From the NCBI RefSeq assembly GCF_053078305.1, contig NZ_CP166879.1: a stretch of 64,000 nt of DNA. The stretch is one strand, 5' to 3'. Made by a program: the position numbers and the translations under genes. Within the stretch, counting starts at the first letter, position 1; the number at the start of each line of letters is the position of its first letter. This document shows, in pieces, positions 27,682 through 39,705 of the stretch. The notes under the pieces are model-generated. The model did not search any database, was not told where the DNA came from, and saw nothing but the letters and a program-made list of their open reading frames with translations.

Positions 27682-29835
27682 ATGCTAAGTCCTTTGCTCA
27701 AACGCTATACCTGGAACAGCGCCTGGCTGTATTACGCGCGTATTTTTATTGCGCTTTGTGGAACCACAGCGTTTCCGTGGTGGCTGGGTGATGTAAAACT
27801 GACGATTCCGCTAACGCTGGGGATGGTGGCAGCGGCGCTGACCGATCTCGATGACCGACTGGCGGGACGTTTGCGTAACCTCATCATTACGCTGTTCTGC
27901 TTTTTTATCGCCTCGGCCTCAGTAGAATTGCTGTTTCCCTGGCCCTGGCTATTTGCGATTGGCTTAACGCTCTCTACCAGCGGCTTCATTTTGCTCGGCG
28001 GTCTGGGTCAACGCTATGCAACAATTGCCTTCGGTGCATTGCTGATCGCTATTTACACTATGTTGGGAACATCACTGTATGAGCACTGGTATCAGCAGCC
28101 GATGTATCTGCTGGCCGGTGCCGTCTGGTACAACGTCCTGACACTTATTGGTCATCTGCTGTTCCCGGTCCGCCCGCTGCAGGACAACCTGGCGCGTTGC
28201 TATGAACAACTGGCGCGTTATCTTGAGCTCAAGTCGCGCATGTTTGATCCTGATATTGAAGATGAAAGCCAGGCACCGCTGTACGATTTGGCTCTCGCCA
28301 ACGGTCAGCTGATGGCGACATTGAATCAGACGAAACTCTCGCTGCTGACCCGCTTACGTGGCGATCGTGGTCAACGGGGAACGCGTCGCACGCTGCATTA
28401 TTACTTTGTCGCACAGGATATTCACGAGCGTGCCAGCTCTTCTCATATTCAGTATCAAACATTGCGTGAACATTTTCGCCACAGCGACGTGCTGTTCCGT
28501 TTTCAGCGGCTGATGTCGATGCAGGGCCAGGCGTGCCAGCAACTGTCACGCTGTATTTTGCTGCGTCAGCCTTATCAACATGATCCGCATTTTGAACGCG
28601 CTTTTACGCATATTGATGCTGCGCTGGAGCGGATGCGCGATAACGGCGCGCCTGCCGATTTACTCAAAACACTGGGATTTTTGCTGAACAATTTACGCGC
28701 CATTGATGCCCAACTGGCAACAATTGAATCAGAACAGGCCCAGGCACTGCCCCATAATAATGACGAAAATGAGCTCGCTGATGACAGCCCGCACGGATTG
28801 AGTGATATCTGGCTGCGTCTTAGCCGTCACTTCACGCCGGAATCCGCCCTCTTCCGTCATGCGGTAAGAATGTCGCTGGTGTTGTGCTTCGGCTACGCCA
28901 TCATTCAAATAACCGGAATGCATCACGGGTATTGGATCTTGCTGACAAGTTTGTTTGTCTGCCAGCCAAACTATAACGCCACGCGCCACCGCCTGAAGCT
29001 AAGGATTATTGGTACGCTGGTAGGTATCGCCATTGGCATTCCTGTGCTGTGGTTTGTGCCATCACTGGAAGGGCAGCTGGTGCTGCTGGTTATTACCGGC
29101 GTGCTCTTTTTTGCCTTCCGTAACGTGCAATACGCTCATGCAACGATGTTCATCACACTTTTGGTGCTACTGTGTTTTAACTTACTGGGTGAAGGTTTTG
29201 AAGTAGCGTTACCTCGCGTAATCGATACGCTGATTGGTTGTGCCATTGCGTGGGCGGCAGTGAGCTACATCTGGCCTGACTGGCAGTTTCGCAATCTGCC
29301 GCGCATGCTCGAACGCGCCACAGAGGCCAACTGTCGCTATCTCGATGCCATACTGGAGCAATACCATCAGGGGCGTGATAACCGTCTGGCGTATCGTATT
29401 GCCCGCCGCGATGCACACAACCGTGATGCTGAACTGGCGTCGGTGGTATCAAATATGTCCAGCGAACCGAACGTTACCCCGCAAATTCGCGAAGCCGCGT
29501 TTCGGTTGCTGTGCCTTAACCATACGTTTACCAGCTATATCTCAGCCCTCGGTGCTCACCGGGAGCAGTTAACTAATCCTGAAATTCTGGCATTTCTTGA
29601 TGACGCAGTTTGCTATGTTGATGACGCGTTACATCATCAACCTGCTGATGAAGAACGCGTCAATCAGGCATTAGCTGGCCTGAAACAACGGATGCAGCAA
29701 CTTGAACCACGGGCAGACAGCAAAGAACCTCTGGTCGTACAACAAGTTGGGTTATTGATTGCATTACTGCCTGAGATTGGTCGTCTGCAACGCCAGATTA
29801 CTCAAGTTCCGCAGGAAACTCCTGTTTCGGCGTAA
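27682..29835 (+). CDS. yccS: Inner membrane protein YccS
   Basis: 717-aa product MLSPLLKRYTWNSAWLYYARIF... Confidence 0.93.
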   Translation: MLSPLLKRYTWNSAWLYYARIFIALCGTTAFPWWLGDVKLTIPLTLGMVAAALTDLDDRLAGRLRNLIITLFCFFIASASVELLFPWPWLFAIGLTLSTSGFILLGGLGQRYATIAFGALLIAIYTMLGTSLYEHWYQQPMYLLAGAVWYNVLTLIGHLLFPVRPLQDNLARCYEQLARYLELKSRMFDPDIEDESQAPLYDLALANGQLMATLNQTKLSLLTRLRGDRGQRGTRRTLHYYFVAQDIHERASSSHIQYQTLREHFRHSDVLFRFQRLMSMQGQACQQLSRCILLRQPYQHDPHFERAFTHIDAALERMRDNGAPADLLKTLGFLLNNLRAIDAQLATIESEQAQALPHNNDENELADDSPHGLSDIWLRLSRHFTPESALFRHAVRMSLVLCFGYAIIQITGMHHGYWILLTSLFVCQPNYNATRHRLKLRIIGTLVGIAIGIPVLWFVPSLEGQLVLLVITGVLFFAFRNVQYAHATMFITLLVLLCFNLLGEGFEVALPRVIDTLIGCAIAWAAVSYIWPDWQFRNLPRMLERATEANCRYLDAILEQYHQGRDNRLAYRIARRDAHNRDAELASVVSNMSSEPNVTPQIREAAFRLLCLNHTFTSYISALGAHREQLTNPEILAFLDDAVCYVDDALHHQPADEERVNQALAGLKQRMQQLEPRADSKEPLVVQQVGLLIALLPEIGRLQRQITQVPQETPVSA

Positions 29836-30427
29836 GAGAGTCAGCCCATTCTGCAAGCTCCTGGCGGCGTGCCACCGGGAGCGCAGCTTCATGAATGCCG
29901 ATAATGGCACCTTCAAGCATAAACAGAATCTTTTCTGTCACCAGACTGTTTTGCTGCCGCAGTCGCAACCAACACATTTTTGCCCCAAGTATACGTAACG
30001 CCCGTACATCCTTAATCCCCACCTCCCCGAGAATCGCTTCCAGATGAAAAGACATATTGGGCAAATCTTTCAGTCTTTCCCGGGTATTGCGCGTGCTTTT
30101 CTCTTTCAGCGCTGCATCGAGAGAATATTTCGACAGACGCACCAGCTTCAGTTGATTTCGCCATAGACTTTCATCAACCCGATAGTAATTGAGGGTAACG
30201 GATCGGCCACACTTTTTATATGTCAGCCAGACAGGCGGATGTTTTACACAGTACTGTGCACTTTGCTCACAAGCCCGAAGATATAACTCACCATCAGAAA
30301 CCATCGCAAACACCGTGTCGTCAACGGTCAGGCTGTAACTACCAAACAATGATCGGTATTCAATTGTGCCCAACGTTGCCAGGTATTCTTGTGATTTATA
30401 GATCCGCTTATAGGAGAGGCTTTTCAT
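29798..30427 (-). CDS. sxy: Competence regulator Sxy/TfoX
   Basis: 209-aa product MKSLSYKRIYKSQEYLATLGTIEYRSLF... Confidence 0.95.
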   Translation of the reverse strand: MKSLSYKRIYKSQEYLATLGTIEYRSLFGSYSLTVDDTVFAMVSDGELYLRACEQSAQYCVKHPPVWLTYKKCGRSVTLNYYRVDESLWRNQLKLVRLSKYSLDAALKEKSTRNTRERLKDLPNMSFHLEAILGEVGIKDVRALRILGAKMCWLRLRQQNSLVTEKILFMLEGAIIGIHEAALPVARRQELAEWADSLTPKQEFPAELE

Positions 30428-30603
30428 AAAATTCCTTTTAAAATCATAACATAAAAGAATGATTCACATTAACGGATCCGTTAAATACGAAAATAGGCAA
30501 CTTATTCTTTAGGGGCAAGATTAATTTATGTTTTCCCGTCACCAACGACAAAATTTGCGAGGCTCTTTCCGAAAATAGGGTTGATCTTTGTCGTCACTGG
30601 ATG

Positions 30604-30623
30604 TACTGTACATCCATACAGTA
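30604..30623 (+). promoter_or_regulatory. LexA box of sulA promoter
   Basis: TACTGTACATCCATACAGTA about 20 nt upstream of sulA start. Confidence 0.85.
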
Positions 30624-30645
30624 ACTCACAGGGGCTGGATTGATT

Positions 30646-31155
30646 ATGTACACTTCAGGCTATGCACATCGTTCTTCGTCGTTCTCATCCGCAGCAAGTA
30701 AAATTGCGCGTGTCTCTACGGAAAACACTACAGCCGGGCTTATCAGTGAAGTTGTCTATCGCGAAGATCAGCCCATGATGACGCAACTTCTACTGTTGCC
30801 ATTGTTACAGCAACTCGGTCAGCAATCGCGCTGGCAACTCTGGTTAACACCGCAACAAAAACTGAGTCGGGAATGGGTTCAGGCATCTGGGCTACCCTTA
30901 ACGAAAGTAATGCAGATTAGCCAGCTCCCCCCTTGCCACACTGTGGAGTCAATGGTTCGCGCTTTACGCACGGGCAATTACAGTGTGGTGATCGGTTGGT
31001 TGGCAGATGATTTGACTGAAGAAGAGCATGCTGAACTTGTTGATGCGGCAAATGAAGGTAACGCTATGGGGTTTATTATGCGTCCGGTAAGCGCATCCTC
31101 TCACGCAACGAGACAACTTTCCGGGCTAAAAATTCACTCTAATTTGTATCATTAA
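30646..31155 (+). CDS. sulA: SOS cell division inhibitor SulA
   Basis: 169-aa product [24 protein letters not shown]... Confidence 0.96.
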   Translation: MYTSGYAHRSSSFSSAASKIARVSTENTTAGLISEVVYREDQPMMTQLLLLPLLQQLGQQSRWQLWLTPQQKLSREWVQASGLPLTKVMQISQLPPCHTVESMVRALRTGNYSVVIGWLADDLTEEEHAELVDAANEGNAMGFIMRPVSASSHATRQLSGLKIHSNLYH

Positions 31156-31511
31156 GTAAATTTAGGATTAATCCTGGAACTTTTTTTGTCGTCCAGCCAA
31201 TGCTTTCAGTCGTGATTAATTTTCCTTGCGGAGGCTTGTCTGAAGCGGTTTCCGCGATTTTCTTCTGTAAATTGTCGCTGACAAAAAAGATTAAACATAC
31301 CTTATACAAGACTTTTTTTTCATATGCCTGACGGAGTTCACACTTGTAAGTTTTCAACTACGTTGTAGACTTTACATCGCCAGGGGTGCTCGGCATAAGC
31401 CGAAGATATCGGTAGAGTTAATATTGAGCAGATCCCCCGGTGAAGGATTTAACCGTGTTATCTCGTTGGAGATATTCATGGCGTATTTTGGATGATAACG
31501 AGGCGCAAAAA

Positions 31512-32564
31512 ATGAAAAAGACAGCTATCGCGATTGCAGTGGCACTGGCTGGTTTCGCTACCGTAGCGCAGGCCGCTCCGAAAGATAACACCTGGTACAC
31601 TGGTGCTAAACTGGGCTGGTCCCAGTACCATGACACTGGTTTTATTCCTAACAATGGTCCGACCCACGAAAACCAACTGGGTGCAGGTGCTTTTGGTGGT
31701 TACCAGGTTAACCCGTATGTTGGCTTTGAAATGGGTTACGACTGGTTAGGTCGTATGCCGTACAAAGGCGACAACATCAATGGCGCATACAAAGCTCAGG
31801 GCGTTCAGCTGACCGCTAAACTGGGTTACCCAATCACTGACGATCTGGACATCTACACTCGTCTGGGTGGTATGGTATGGCGTGCAGACACCAAGGCTAA
31901 CGTACCTGGTGGCGCATCCTTTAAAGACCACGACACCGGCGTTTCTCCGGTTTTCGCAGGTGGTGTTGAGTACGCGATCACTCCTGAAATCGCTACCCGT
32001 CTGGAATACCAGTGGACCAACAACATCGGTGACGCAAACACCATTGGTACTCGTCCGGACAACGGTCTGCTGAGCCTGGGTGTTTCCTACCGTTTCGGTC
32101 AGGGCGAAGCAGCTCCGGTAGTTGCTCCGGCTCCAGCTCCGGCACCGGAAGTACAGACCAAGCACTTCACTCTGAAGTCTGACGTTCTGTTCAACTTCAA
32201 CAAAGCAACCCTGAAACCGGAAGGTCAGGCTGCTCTGGATCAGCTGTACAGCCAGCTGAGCAACCTGGATCCGAAAGACGGTTCCGTAGTTGTTCTGGGT
32301 TACACCGACCGCATCGGTTCTGACGCTTACAACCAGGGTCTGTCCGAGCGCCGTGCTCAGTCTGTTGTTGATTACCTGATCTCCAAAGGTATCCCGGCAG
32401 ACAAGATCTCCGCACGTGGTATGGGCGAATCCAACCCGGTTACTGGCAACACCTGTGACAACGTGAAACAGCGTGCTGCACTGATCGACTGCCTGGCTCC
32501 GGATCGTCGCGTTGAGATCGAAGTTAAAGGTATCAAAGACGTTGTAACTCAGCCGCAGGCTTAA
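31512..32564 (+). CDS. ompA: Outer membrane protein A
   Basis: 346-aa product [36 protein letters not shown]...; long 5' UTR upstream. Confidence 0.98.
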   Translation: MKKTAIAIAVALAGFATVAQAAPKDNTWYTGAKLGWSQYHDTGFIPNNGPTHENQLGAGAFGGYQVNPYVGFEMGYDWLGRMPYKGDNINGAYKAQGVQLTAKLGYPITDDLDIYTRLGGMVWRADTKANVPGGASFKDHDTGVSPVFAGGVEYAITPEIATRLEYQWTNNIGDANTIGTRPDNGLLSLGVSYRFGQGEAAPVVAPAPAPAPEVQTKHFTLKSDVLFNFNKATLKPEGQAALDQLYSQLSNLDPKDGSVVVLGYTDRIGSDAYNQGLSERRAQSVVDYLISKGIPADKISARGMGESNPVTGNTCDNVKQRAALIDCLAPDRRVEIEVKGIKDVVTQPQA

Positions 32565-32578
32565 GTTCTCGTCTGGTA

Positions 32579-32607
32579 AAAAACCCCGCAGCTGCGGGGT
32601 TTTTTTT
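32579..32607 (+). terminator. ompA intrinsic terminator
   Basis: CCCCGCAGC-TGCGGGG hairpin followed by T8. Confidence 0.85.
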
Positions 32608-32639
32608 CGCCTTTAGTAAATTGAACTGAGTTTCATCAG

Positions 32640-33092
32640 TTATTCCTTACCCAGCAATGCCTGCAGATCCTGCTTCAAAGAAGACATTTTATTCGCGTAT
32701 TTCTCTTTGTTTTCCGCATCTTCAATCAGCTGAACAATCGTTTCAGAAAGTGTTTTACCGCGACGCTGCGCAAGACCAGCCAGACGTTGCCAGACAATAA
32801 ATTCCAGATCGATCGATTTTTTGCGCGTATGCTGGTGTTCCGCATTAAAATGGCGCTTCCGTCTGGCCCGAATGGTTTGCTTCATGCGATTGACCAGTTC
32901 CGGATTCATATGCTTGTCAATCCAGCCATTTACCAGCACGGGTTCATTTTCCAGCGAGAGCAACACATCGACGGCTTCCTGGGCGGCACTGGCTTCTATG
33001 TAACGGGTGATTAACTCCCCTTCGCGATGCTTCTTCACCAGATACTTCCATTTCCAACCGCTTTCAAGATTTTCAAGTTGTTGATATTTCAT
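32640..33092 (-). CDS. matP: Macrodomain Ter protein MatP
   Basis: 150-aa product [26 protein letters not shown]... Confidence 0.95.
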
Positions 33093-33277
33093 AGCGATCT
33101 CAATGTTACCGTGTAACTCTTTACAGAATATCAGCTTTTTAGGCCAGTGAAGAAAAGAATCTCCATCCTGTGAGCTTTAACGCCCATGCCAGGAGTATTG
33201 TCGGTGCTTTCTACGTGTGCTGTAGTGCCGGTTACGGTATAATCGCGGCTTTGACAACAGACTAAAAAACATCAACT

Positions 33278-35038
33278 TTGACCATTACGAAACTTGCATG
33301 GCGTGACCTGGTTCCTGATACCGATAGCTATCAGGAAATATTTGCTCAGCCACATTTGATTGACGAAAACGATCCTTTATTCAGTGATACTCAACCGCGA
33401 CTGCAATTTGCGCTGGAGCAGATGCTGCATACGCGAGCATCCTCCTCTTTTATGCTGGCGAAGGCCCCGGAAGAGTCTGAGTATCTGAATCTTATTGCCG
33501 ATGCGGCACGTGCGCTACAAAGTGATGCAGGCCAACTGGTGGGCGGTCACTATGAGGTTTCCGGCCACACCATCCGCTTACGTAACGCAGTGAGTGCAGA
33601 TGATAATTTTGCGACTTTAACGCAAGTTGTCGCTGCCGACTGGGTAGAAGCGGAGCAACTCTTTGGCTGCCTGCGCCAGTTTAATGGCGACATTACCCTG
33701 CAGCCTGGTCTGGTGCATCAGGCAAATGGCGGTATTCTCATCATCTCTTTGCGTACACTGCTGGCGCAACCTCTGCTGTGGATGCGGCTGAAAAATATCG
33801 TTAACCGCGAACGTTTTGACTGGGTTGCGTTTGATGAGTCGCGCCCTCTCCCCGTCTCTGTGCCTTCGATGCCATTGAAGCTGAAAGTCATTCTGGTAGG
33901 CGAACGCGAATCATTGGCTGATTTCCAGGAGATGGAGCCAGAGCTTTCAGAGCAGGCTATTTATAGCGAATTTGAAGATACTCTCCAGATTGTCGATGCG
34001 GAGTCAGTAAGCCAGTGGTGTCGCTGGGTGACATTTACCGCCAGACATAATCACTTACCTGCACCGGGAGCGGATGCCTGGCCGATACTTATCCGCGAAG
34101 CAGCACGCTACACCGGTGAACAAGAAACACTTCCGCTTAGCCCGCAGTGGATCCTCCGCCAGTGTAAAGAAGTCGCCTCCCTGTGTGATGGCGACACCTT
34201 CTCCGGCGAGCAGCTAAACTTAATGCTACAGCAGCGTGAATGGCGCGAAGGTTTCCTCGCTGAACGCATGCAGGATGAGATCCTTCAGGAGCAAATCCTG
34301 ATTGAAACCGAAGGCGAACGCATCGGGCAAATTAACGCCCTTTCGGTCATTGAATTTCCGGGTCATCCACGCGCTTTTGGCGAACCTTCTCGCATTAGCT
34401 GCGTTGTGCATATTGGCGATGGTGAATTCACCGACATCGAACGCAAAGCGGAGCTTGGCGGCAATATCCATGCGAAAGGGATGATGATCATGCAGGCGTT
34501 CCTGATGTCGGAACTACAGCTTGAGCAACAGATCCCCTTCTCAGCATCGCTGACATTTGAGCAGTCATACAGTGAAGTGGATGGCGATAGTGCCTCGATG
34601 GCTGAGCTCTGCGCCCTGATAAGCGCCCTCGCCGATGTGCCGGTGAATCAGAGTATCGCTATCACAGGTTCAGTCGATCAGTTCGGCCGCGTCCAGCCGG
34701 TCGGTGGTTTAAATGAGAAAATCGAAGGCTTCTTTGCTATTTGCCAGCAACGTGAGTTAACGGGTAAACAAGGTGTCATTATCCCCACTGCTAACGTTCG
34801 CCATTTAAGTCTTCACAGTGAACTGATGAAAGCGGTAGAAGAAGGCAAATTCACCATCTGGGCAGTAGACGATGTGACTGACGCACTGCCGTTATTATTA
34901 AATCTGGTGTGGGATGGCGAAGGCCAAACGACGCTGATGCAAACCATCCAGGAACGTATCGCGCAAGCATCGCAACAGGAAGGACGTCACCGTTTTCCAT
35001 GGCCATTACGTTGGCTGAACTGGTTTATTCCGAACTGA
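33278..35038 (+). CDS. ycbZ: Lon-like protease YcbZ (LonH)
   Basis: 586-aa ORF; K-12 synteny between matP and fabA. Confidence 0.92.
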
Positions 35039-35106
35039 TCGGACTTGTTCAGCGTACACGTGTTAGCTATCCTGCGTGCTTCAATAAAATAAGGCTTACA
35101 GAGAAC

Positions 35107-35625
35107 ATGGTAGATAAACGCGAATCCTATACAAAAGAAGACCTTCTTGCCTCTGGTCGCGGTGAACTGTTTGGCGCTAAAGGCCCGCAATTGCCAGCAC
35201 CGAACATGCTGATGATGGACCGTGTGGTCAAAATGACCGAAACGGGTGGTAACTTCGACAAAGGGTATGTTGAAGCAGAACTGGATATCAATCCGGATCT
35301 GTGGTTCTTCGGATGCCACTTTATTGGCGATCCGGTTATGCCGGGATGCCTGGGCCTGGACGCAATGTGGCAGCTGGTAGGGTTCTACCTCGGCTGGCTG
35401 GGCGGCGAAGGTAAAGGCCGCGCGCTGGGCGTTGGCGAAGTGAAATTCACTGGTCAGGTACTGCCGACAGCGAAAAAAGTGACCTACCGTATTCACTTTA
35501 AACGCATTGTTAATCGTCGTCTGATTATGGGTCTGGCAGATGGCGAAGTGCTGGTTGATGGTCGTCTGATCTATACCGCCAGCGACCTGAAAGTCGGTCT
35601 GTTCCAGGATACGTCTGCCTTCTGA
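35107..35625 (+). CDS. fabA: 3-hydroxydecanoyl-ACP dehydratase/isomerase FabA
   Basis: 172-aa product [41 protein letters not shown]... Confidence 0.97.
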
Positions 35626-35651
35626 TTATAATCAGACAGAGTATCAAAAGG

Positions 35652-35683
35652 CGAAACCTCCGCAATGCGGAGGTTTCTTTTTA
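35652..35683. terminator. Bidirectional intrinsic terminator between fabA and rmf
   Basis: GAAACCTCCGCA-ATGCGGAGGTTTC hairpin flanked by A-run and T-run. Confidence 0.75.
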
Positions 35684-35694
35684 AAGAGACAGAA

Positions 35695-35862
35695 TCAGGC
35701 CATTACTACCCTGTCCGCCATGGCTTCTCGCCAGCCTCCCAGCCATTGTGACCTTTGATTCAGCGTCTGATAGGGACACATTTCTTTTGAGCGTCCGGCG
35801 ATGCCGGCCTGATAACCACGTTGATGTGCCCGTTCCAGGCGATCTCGTTTTTGTCTCTTCAT
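35695..35862 (-). CDS. rmf: Ribosome modulation factor
   Basis: 55-aa product MKRQKRDRLERAHQRGYQAGIAGRSKEMCPYQTLNQRSQWLGGWREAMADRVVMA read from minus strand; below the 60-aa threshold of the ORF track. Confidence 0.93.
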   Translation of the reverse strand: MKRQKRDRLERAHQRGYQAGIAGRSKEMCPYQTLNQRSQWLGGWREAMADRVVMA

Positions 35863-36117
35863 GCCTCGTTTCCCTCATACTGGTTTCTGGTGGAAAAGAA
35901 AACAGTGATTACTAAATGTGCAATCACAGTTAAGCAATACCGCGAATCATAACTGCCGTCAATGCGCAAAATTCACGCCACTGTCATATTTGTGAGCTAC
36001 ACGGGCATGTCGGTTGTACAAAAAATGTGAAGAGGAACAAATTTTTCCGCACGTTAGAAACAAAAAAACCGCCTCAGGCAACATACCGGAGACGGTTATA
36101 TTTACAAATCTTTATAA

Positions 36118-36681
36118 TTAAGGTAGACGCTTTATCTCTTGTGCAATAGAAGCGGCTTCCTGACTCCAGACACCGGCCAGCACTTTAACCATCTCATCGT
36201 AACCATCCTGAGTTTGCACTCCTTCCAGACGGAACGGACGTTTGATCAGTTGTCCCTGGTGGTTCAACAGCCACTCACCACTGACAATGACCTTGCCATC
36301 ATAGCGACCGTTAAACTCCGTTACGGTAACATTGAGCGTGTCCTGGGCGCTTCCCAGAGGCTGGGAGGCAACCACCCAGCCGGGCAGTTGCGTGCTCAGG
36401 TTGGCTACCAGGGTATTGCGCAACTGTTGATCCAACGGGCTGGCCCACAAGTTGTTGTTGGCAATCACATACTTCACATCACTGGTTTGATAAACCACAC
36501 CATTCCCCGCCAGATAGTCAGGTACAGCGACCTGCTCTACCCATAACAGGCGATTGCCCTGGCTGGCGGTACTTTGTGTACCGCTCTGCACCACAGGTAA
36601 CTGGTAATAGTTTTTATTAATTTCGCCGGAGCTGCATCCGGCCAGCCACAGTGCTGCAATCGTCACTAGCCACTTTTTCAT
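36118..36681 (-). CDS. pqiC: Intermembrane transport lipoprotein PqiC (YmbA)
   Basis: 187-aa ORF with lipobox LAGCSS. Confidence 0.93.
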   Translation of the reverse strand: MKKWLVTIAALWLAGCSSGEINKNYYQLPVVQSGTQSTASQGNRLLWVEQVAVPDYLAGNGVVYQTSDVKYVIANNNLWASPLDQQLRNTLVANLSTQLPGWVVASQPLGSAQDTLNVTVTEFNGRYDGKVIVSGEWLLNHQGQLIKRPFRLEGVQTQDGYDEMVKVLAGVWSQEAASIAQEIKRLP

Positions 36682-38318
36682 TGTTTCGCCCTCTTCGGCT
36701 CTGGATCTTTTTTGTCCTTCGCTTCAAATACCAGCGCGTTACTCTTCTCATTGAGCGTTTTCAGCACCGGTTGCAGTTCTCGCAACACCTGATCAAGGCG
36801 CTGCATATCCGCCACCATCTTGTTGTAGGCTGCGGAGCCAGGCTGGAAGCCCTGCATACTGCGATTCAATTCACGCAACGTTGACTGCATATCCGTCGGC
36901 AACTGCTGCATCGACTGGCTGGCGAGGATCTTGTTCATGCTATCCAGCGTCGTTTGCAGGTTTTTCATTGTGCGCTGACTTTCAGAAAGCGTACTGGTTG
37001 CCTGTTCAATCATCGGATTCAATGGCAGTTTGTTGATCTTATCCAACGCTTCCATCAGTCGTTGCTGGATTTGCGCCAGGCCGCCGCTAACGGTCGGGAT
37101 AATCTGATAACCATTAAATTCACGAATACCGGTTATTGCAGGCGTATTTGGATAGAAATCGAGATCAACATACAGTGCGCCAGTGACCAGGTTTCCGGTT
37201 TTCAGCGATCCGCGTAAACCACGTTTCAACAATTCGCCAAGGTGCTCAACAACATCCGCATTTTCGCCAAGCTGCATTTTCAGCCGCTCTGGCTCGATAC
37301 GAATCAGCACCGGAATACGGTAATCATCGTTAAATGTCTGACGCATATTCGGCGCAAAGAATGGCACTTTGCTTACGGTACCCAGGCGAATACCCCGGAA
37401 TTCTACCGGAGCTCCCGGTTGCAGACCGCGTACCGAATCTTTAAAGAACATCAGATAATCAATGTGATCGGTGTACAACGAATCCTGAATGCTCTTCTGA
37501 TCATCATACAAAACGAAAGCTGTTTTCGGTGCCACTGGCTGTCCTAAATCCAGACCTTCCGGCACATCAAAGCTGACACCGCCACTCAGCAGCGTTGTCA
37601 ATGAGCCCATCTCCACACGCATTCCCGCTGACGTCAGATCAACCGCAATGCCACTATCTTTCCAGAAGCGAACATTGCTGGTCACCAGTCGGTCATAAGG
37701 TGCATTGATGAACAGTTGATAACTGATATTGCGTTTTTGCGTATCGAAGGTGCTGGTTTCAACCGAACCTACCCGATAGCCACGGAACAGCACCGGATCT
37801 CCTGGCGAGAGCTGCCCGGCTTTTTTGCTATCGAGAATCACACGGATACCTTTCGCATCAGGCGGGGCCAACGGTGGCGAGTCCAGCAAATCGTATTTAT
37901 CCATTTTGCTGCCTTTCGCGCCTGGCTGCAGTTCGATATAAACCCCAGACAGCAGGGTTCCCAGACCGCTAATCCCTTCTCGACCAATCTGCGGTTTCAC
38001 CACCCAAAAGACGGTATCTTTATGCAGCAATTTTTCCATACCGGAATTCAGCCGCGCTTTGATTTCAACGTGTGTCAAATCATCAGCGAGTGTGGCGCTT
38101 TCAACAACGCCGACGTCAACGCTACGGCTTTTAATGGTGGTTTTGCCACCTTCAATTCCTTCCGCATTCGCGGTGATCAGGGTCACTTCCGGTCCCTGAT
38201 GGCTGTAATGATAAAAAAGAACCCAGGCCCCAATGAGCGCCGTGACGATAGGAAATATCCACACGGGAGACCAGTTCTTCACTTTCTGGATTTTGGCTTC
38301 CCCATTATTAGATTCCAT
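36678..38318 (-). CDS. pqiB: Intermembrane transport protein PqiB (MCE domains)
   Basis: 546-aa product MESNNGEAKIQKVKNWSPVWIFPIV... Confidence 0.95.
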   Translation of the reverse strand: MESNNGEAKIQKVKNWSPVWIFPIVTALIGAWVLFYHYSHQGPEVTLITANAEGIEGGKTTIKSRSVDVGVVESATLADDLTHVEIKARLNSGMEKLLHKDTVFWVVKPQIGREGISGLGTLLSGVYIELQPGAKGSKMDKYDLLDSPPLAPPDAKGIRVILDSKKAGQLSPGDPVLFRGYRVGSVETSTFDTQKRNISYQLFINAPYDRLVTSNVRFWKDSGIAVDLTSAGMRVEMGSLTTLLSGGVSFDVPEGLDLGQPVAPKTAFVLYDDQKSIQDSLYTDHIDYLMFFKDSVRGLQPGAPVEFRGIRLGTVSKVPFFAPNMRQTFNDDYRIPVLIRIEPERLKMQLGENADVVEHLGELLKRGLRGSLKTGNLVTGALYVDLDFYPNTPAITGIREFNGYQIIPTVSGGLAQIQQRLMEALDKINKLPLNPMIEQATSTLSESQRTMKNLQTTLDSMNKILASQSMQQLPTDMQSTLRELNRSMQGFQPGSAAYNKMVADMQRLDQVLRELQPVLKTLNEKSNALVFEAKDKKDPEPKRAKQ

Positions 38319-38322
38319 ACTG

Positions 38323-39576
38323 TCAGGACTCCTCATGCTCTGATTCAGGTTGACGATCCCACGACAAACGCGGGTCAAACGTCATAGCAGAAAACATTGT
38401 CATTATGACGACTAAAGCAAACATTAATGCACCCATTGCCGGATAAATACTCATTAAACCTCCCATACGCACCAGCGCCGAGAGCACCGCGATAACGAAA
38501 ACGTCAATCATCGACCAGCGGCCTACAAACTCAACAACTTCATAAATCAAATGCATTCTTTCACTGTCGCGCTTGCCATGCCCTTTGGCATCCCAACACA
38601 GCCACGCGATGGCGATCATCTTTAACGTTGGCACCATAATACTGGCAAGGAAGATCACCGCAGCGACGGGATAAGAGCCTTCACTCCATAACAGGATGAC
38701 CCCAGCGAGAATCGTCGATGGCATCTTCGAGCCTAATAAATCCGTCACCATGATGGGCAAAATATTAGCCGGAAGATACAGCATGATGGACGTAACAAGC
38801 AGCGCGAGTGTCCATTGCAGGCTGTTTCTACGTCGAACGTACCCTTTGGTACTACAACGCGGGCACACGGGTTCGTCAGCAGGAAGGATTGCCGTACAAC
38901 AGGAGCACGAACGCAGCCCCTGACGTATCCCCGTGACGCCTGGTTTTAGCGGCTGGCGCAGTTCTGGCATCGGGGCGATATCGTCCCATAACCAGCGACG
39001 ATCAACGCACTGAAAAGCACGCAGTTGCAGGACACAAAATAAACACCAGGGGAGAAAGCTGCTGCCTACGCCAATGCTGCCGTAAGCCATCAGTTTAACG
39101 AAACTGACCAGCACACCCGCGAGGAAAATCTCCGCCATTCCCCAGGTTTTGAGTTGAAAAAGCACCCGTGCCAGTTGCTCTTTTAAACGGACCGGTAATT
39201 CCGCGCGATTCACCAGTAACAGAATGGTTATCAGACAAAACGCGGGAACCAGTTGCACAAACAACAGGAAAAAGGTGCCGAGGCTGGCGTAGTCCTCAGA
39301 AAAAAGCACGCCGGGAATTTCCAGTAATGTAATTTCACTGGTAACTCCTGCAACGTTCATATTCACAAAAGGAAACAAGTTGGACAGCAACAGCATGAAC
39401 AGTGCAGCCAACGCATAGGCGGTAGGACGCTGCCGGGGGGCATCCCACGCCACGGTTAACGTTGTGCCACACCGGGGACATGCCGCTTTCTGACCATGCT
39501 CAAGGCGCGGTAACGCCACCAGCATGTCACACTGCGAGCACAGGATGTGCTTCGCGGCATGATGATGTTCGCACAT
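38323..39576 (-). CDS. pqiA: Intermembrane transport protein PqiA
   Basis: 417-aa polytopic membrane ORF; K-12 synteny. Confidence 0.95.
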   Translation of the reverse strand: MCEHHHAAKHILCSQCDMLVALPRLEHGQKAACPRCGTTLTVAWDAPRQRPTAYALAALFMLLLSNLFPFVNMNVAGVTSEITLLEIPGVLFSEDYASLGTFFLLFVQLVPAFCLITILLLVNRAELPVRLKEQLARVLFQLKTWGMAEIFLAGVLVSFVKLMAYGSIGVGSSFLPWCLFCVLQLRAFQCVDRRWLWDDIAPMPELRQPLKPGVTGIRQGLRSCSCCTAILPADEPVCPRCSTKGYVRRRNSLQWTLALLVTSIMLYLPANILPIMVTDLLGSKMPSTILAGVILLWSEGSYPVAAVIFLASIMVPTLKMIAIAWLCWDAKGHGKRDSERMHLIYEVVEFVGRWSMIDVFVIAVLSALVRMGGLMSIYPAMGALMFALVVIMTMFSAMTFDPRLSWDRQPESEHEES

Positions 39577-39705
39577 TGGTACTCCTTAATGATGCGCTAT
39601 TTTACAGATGACTAACAAAGTGTTGGTTTTCATGCCTGATAAACCCAGTTCATCAGGCAATTTTACCGTTGTCAGCTGTCTCTGTTTAAATCGACTATTT
39701 TGCGA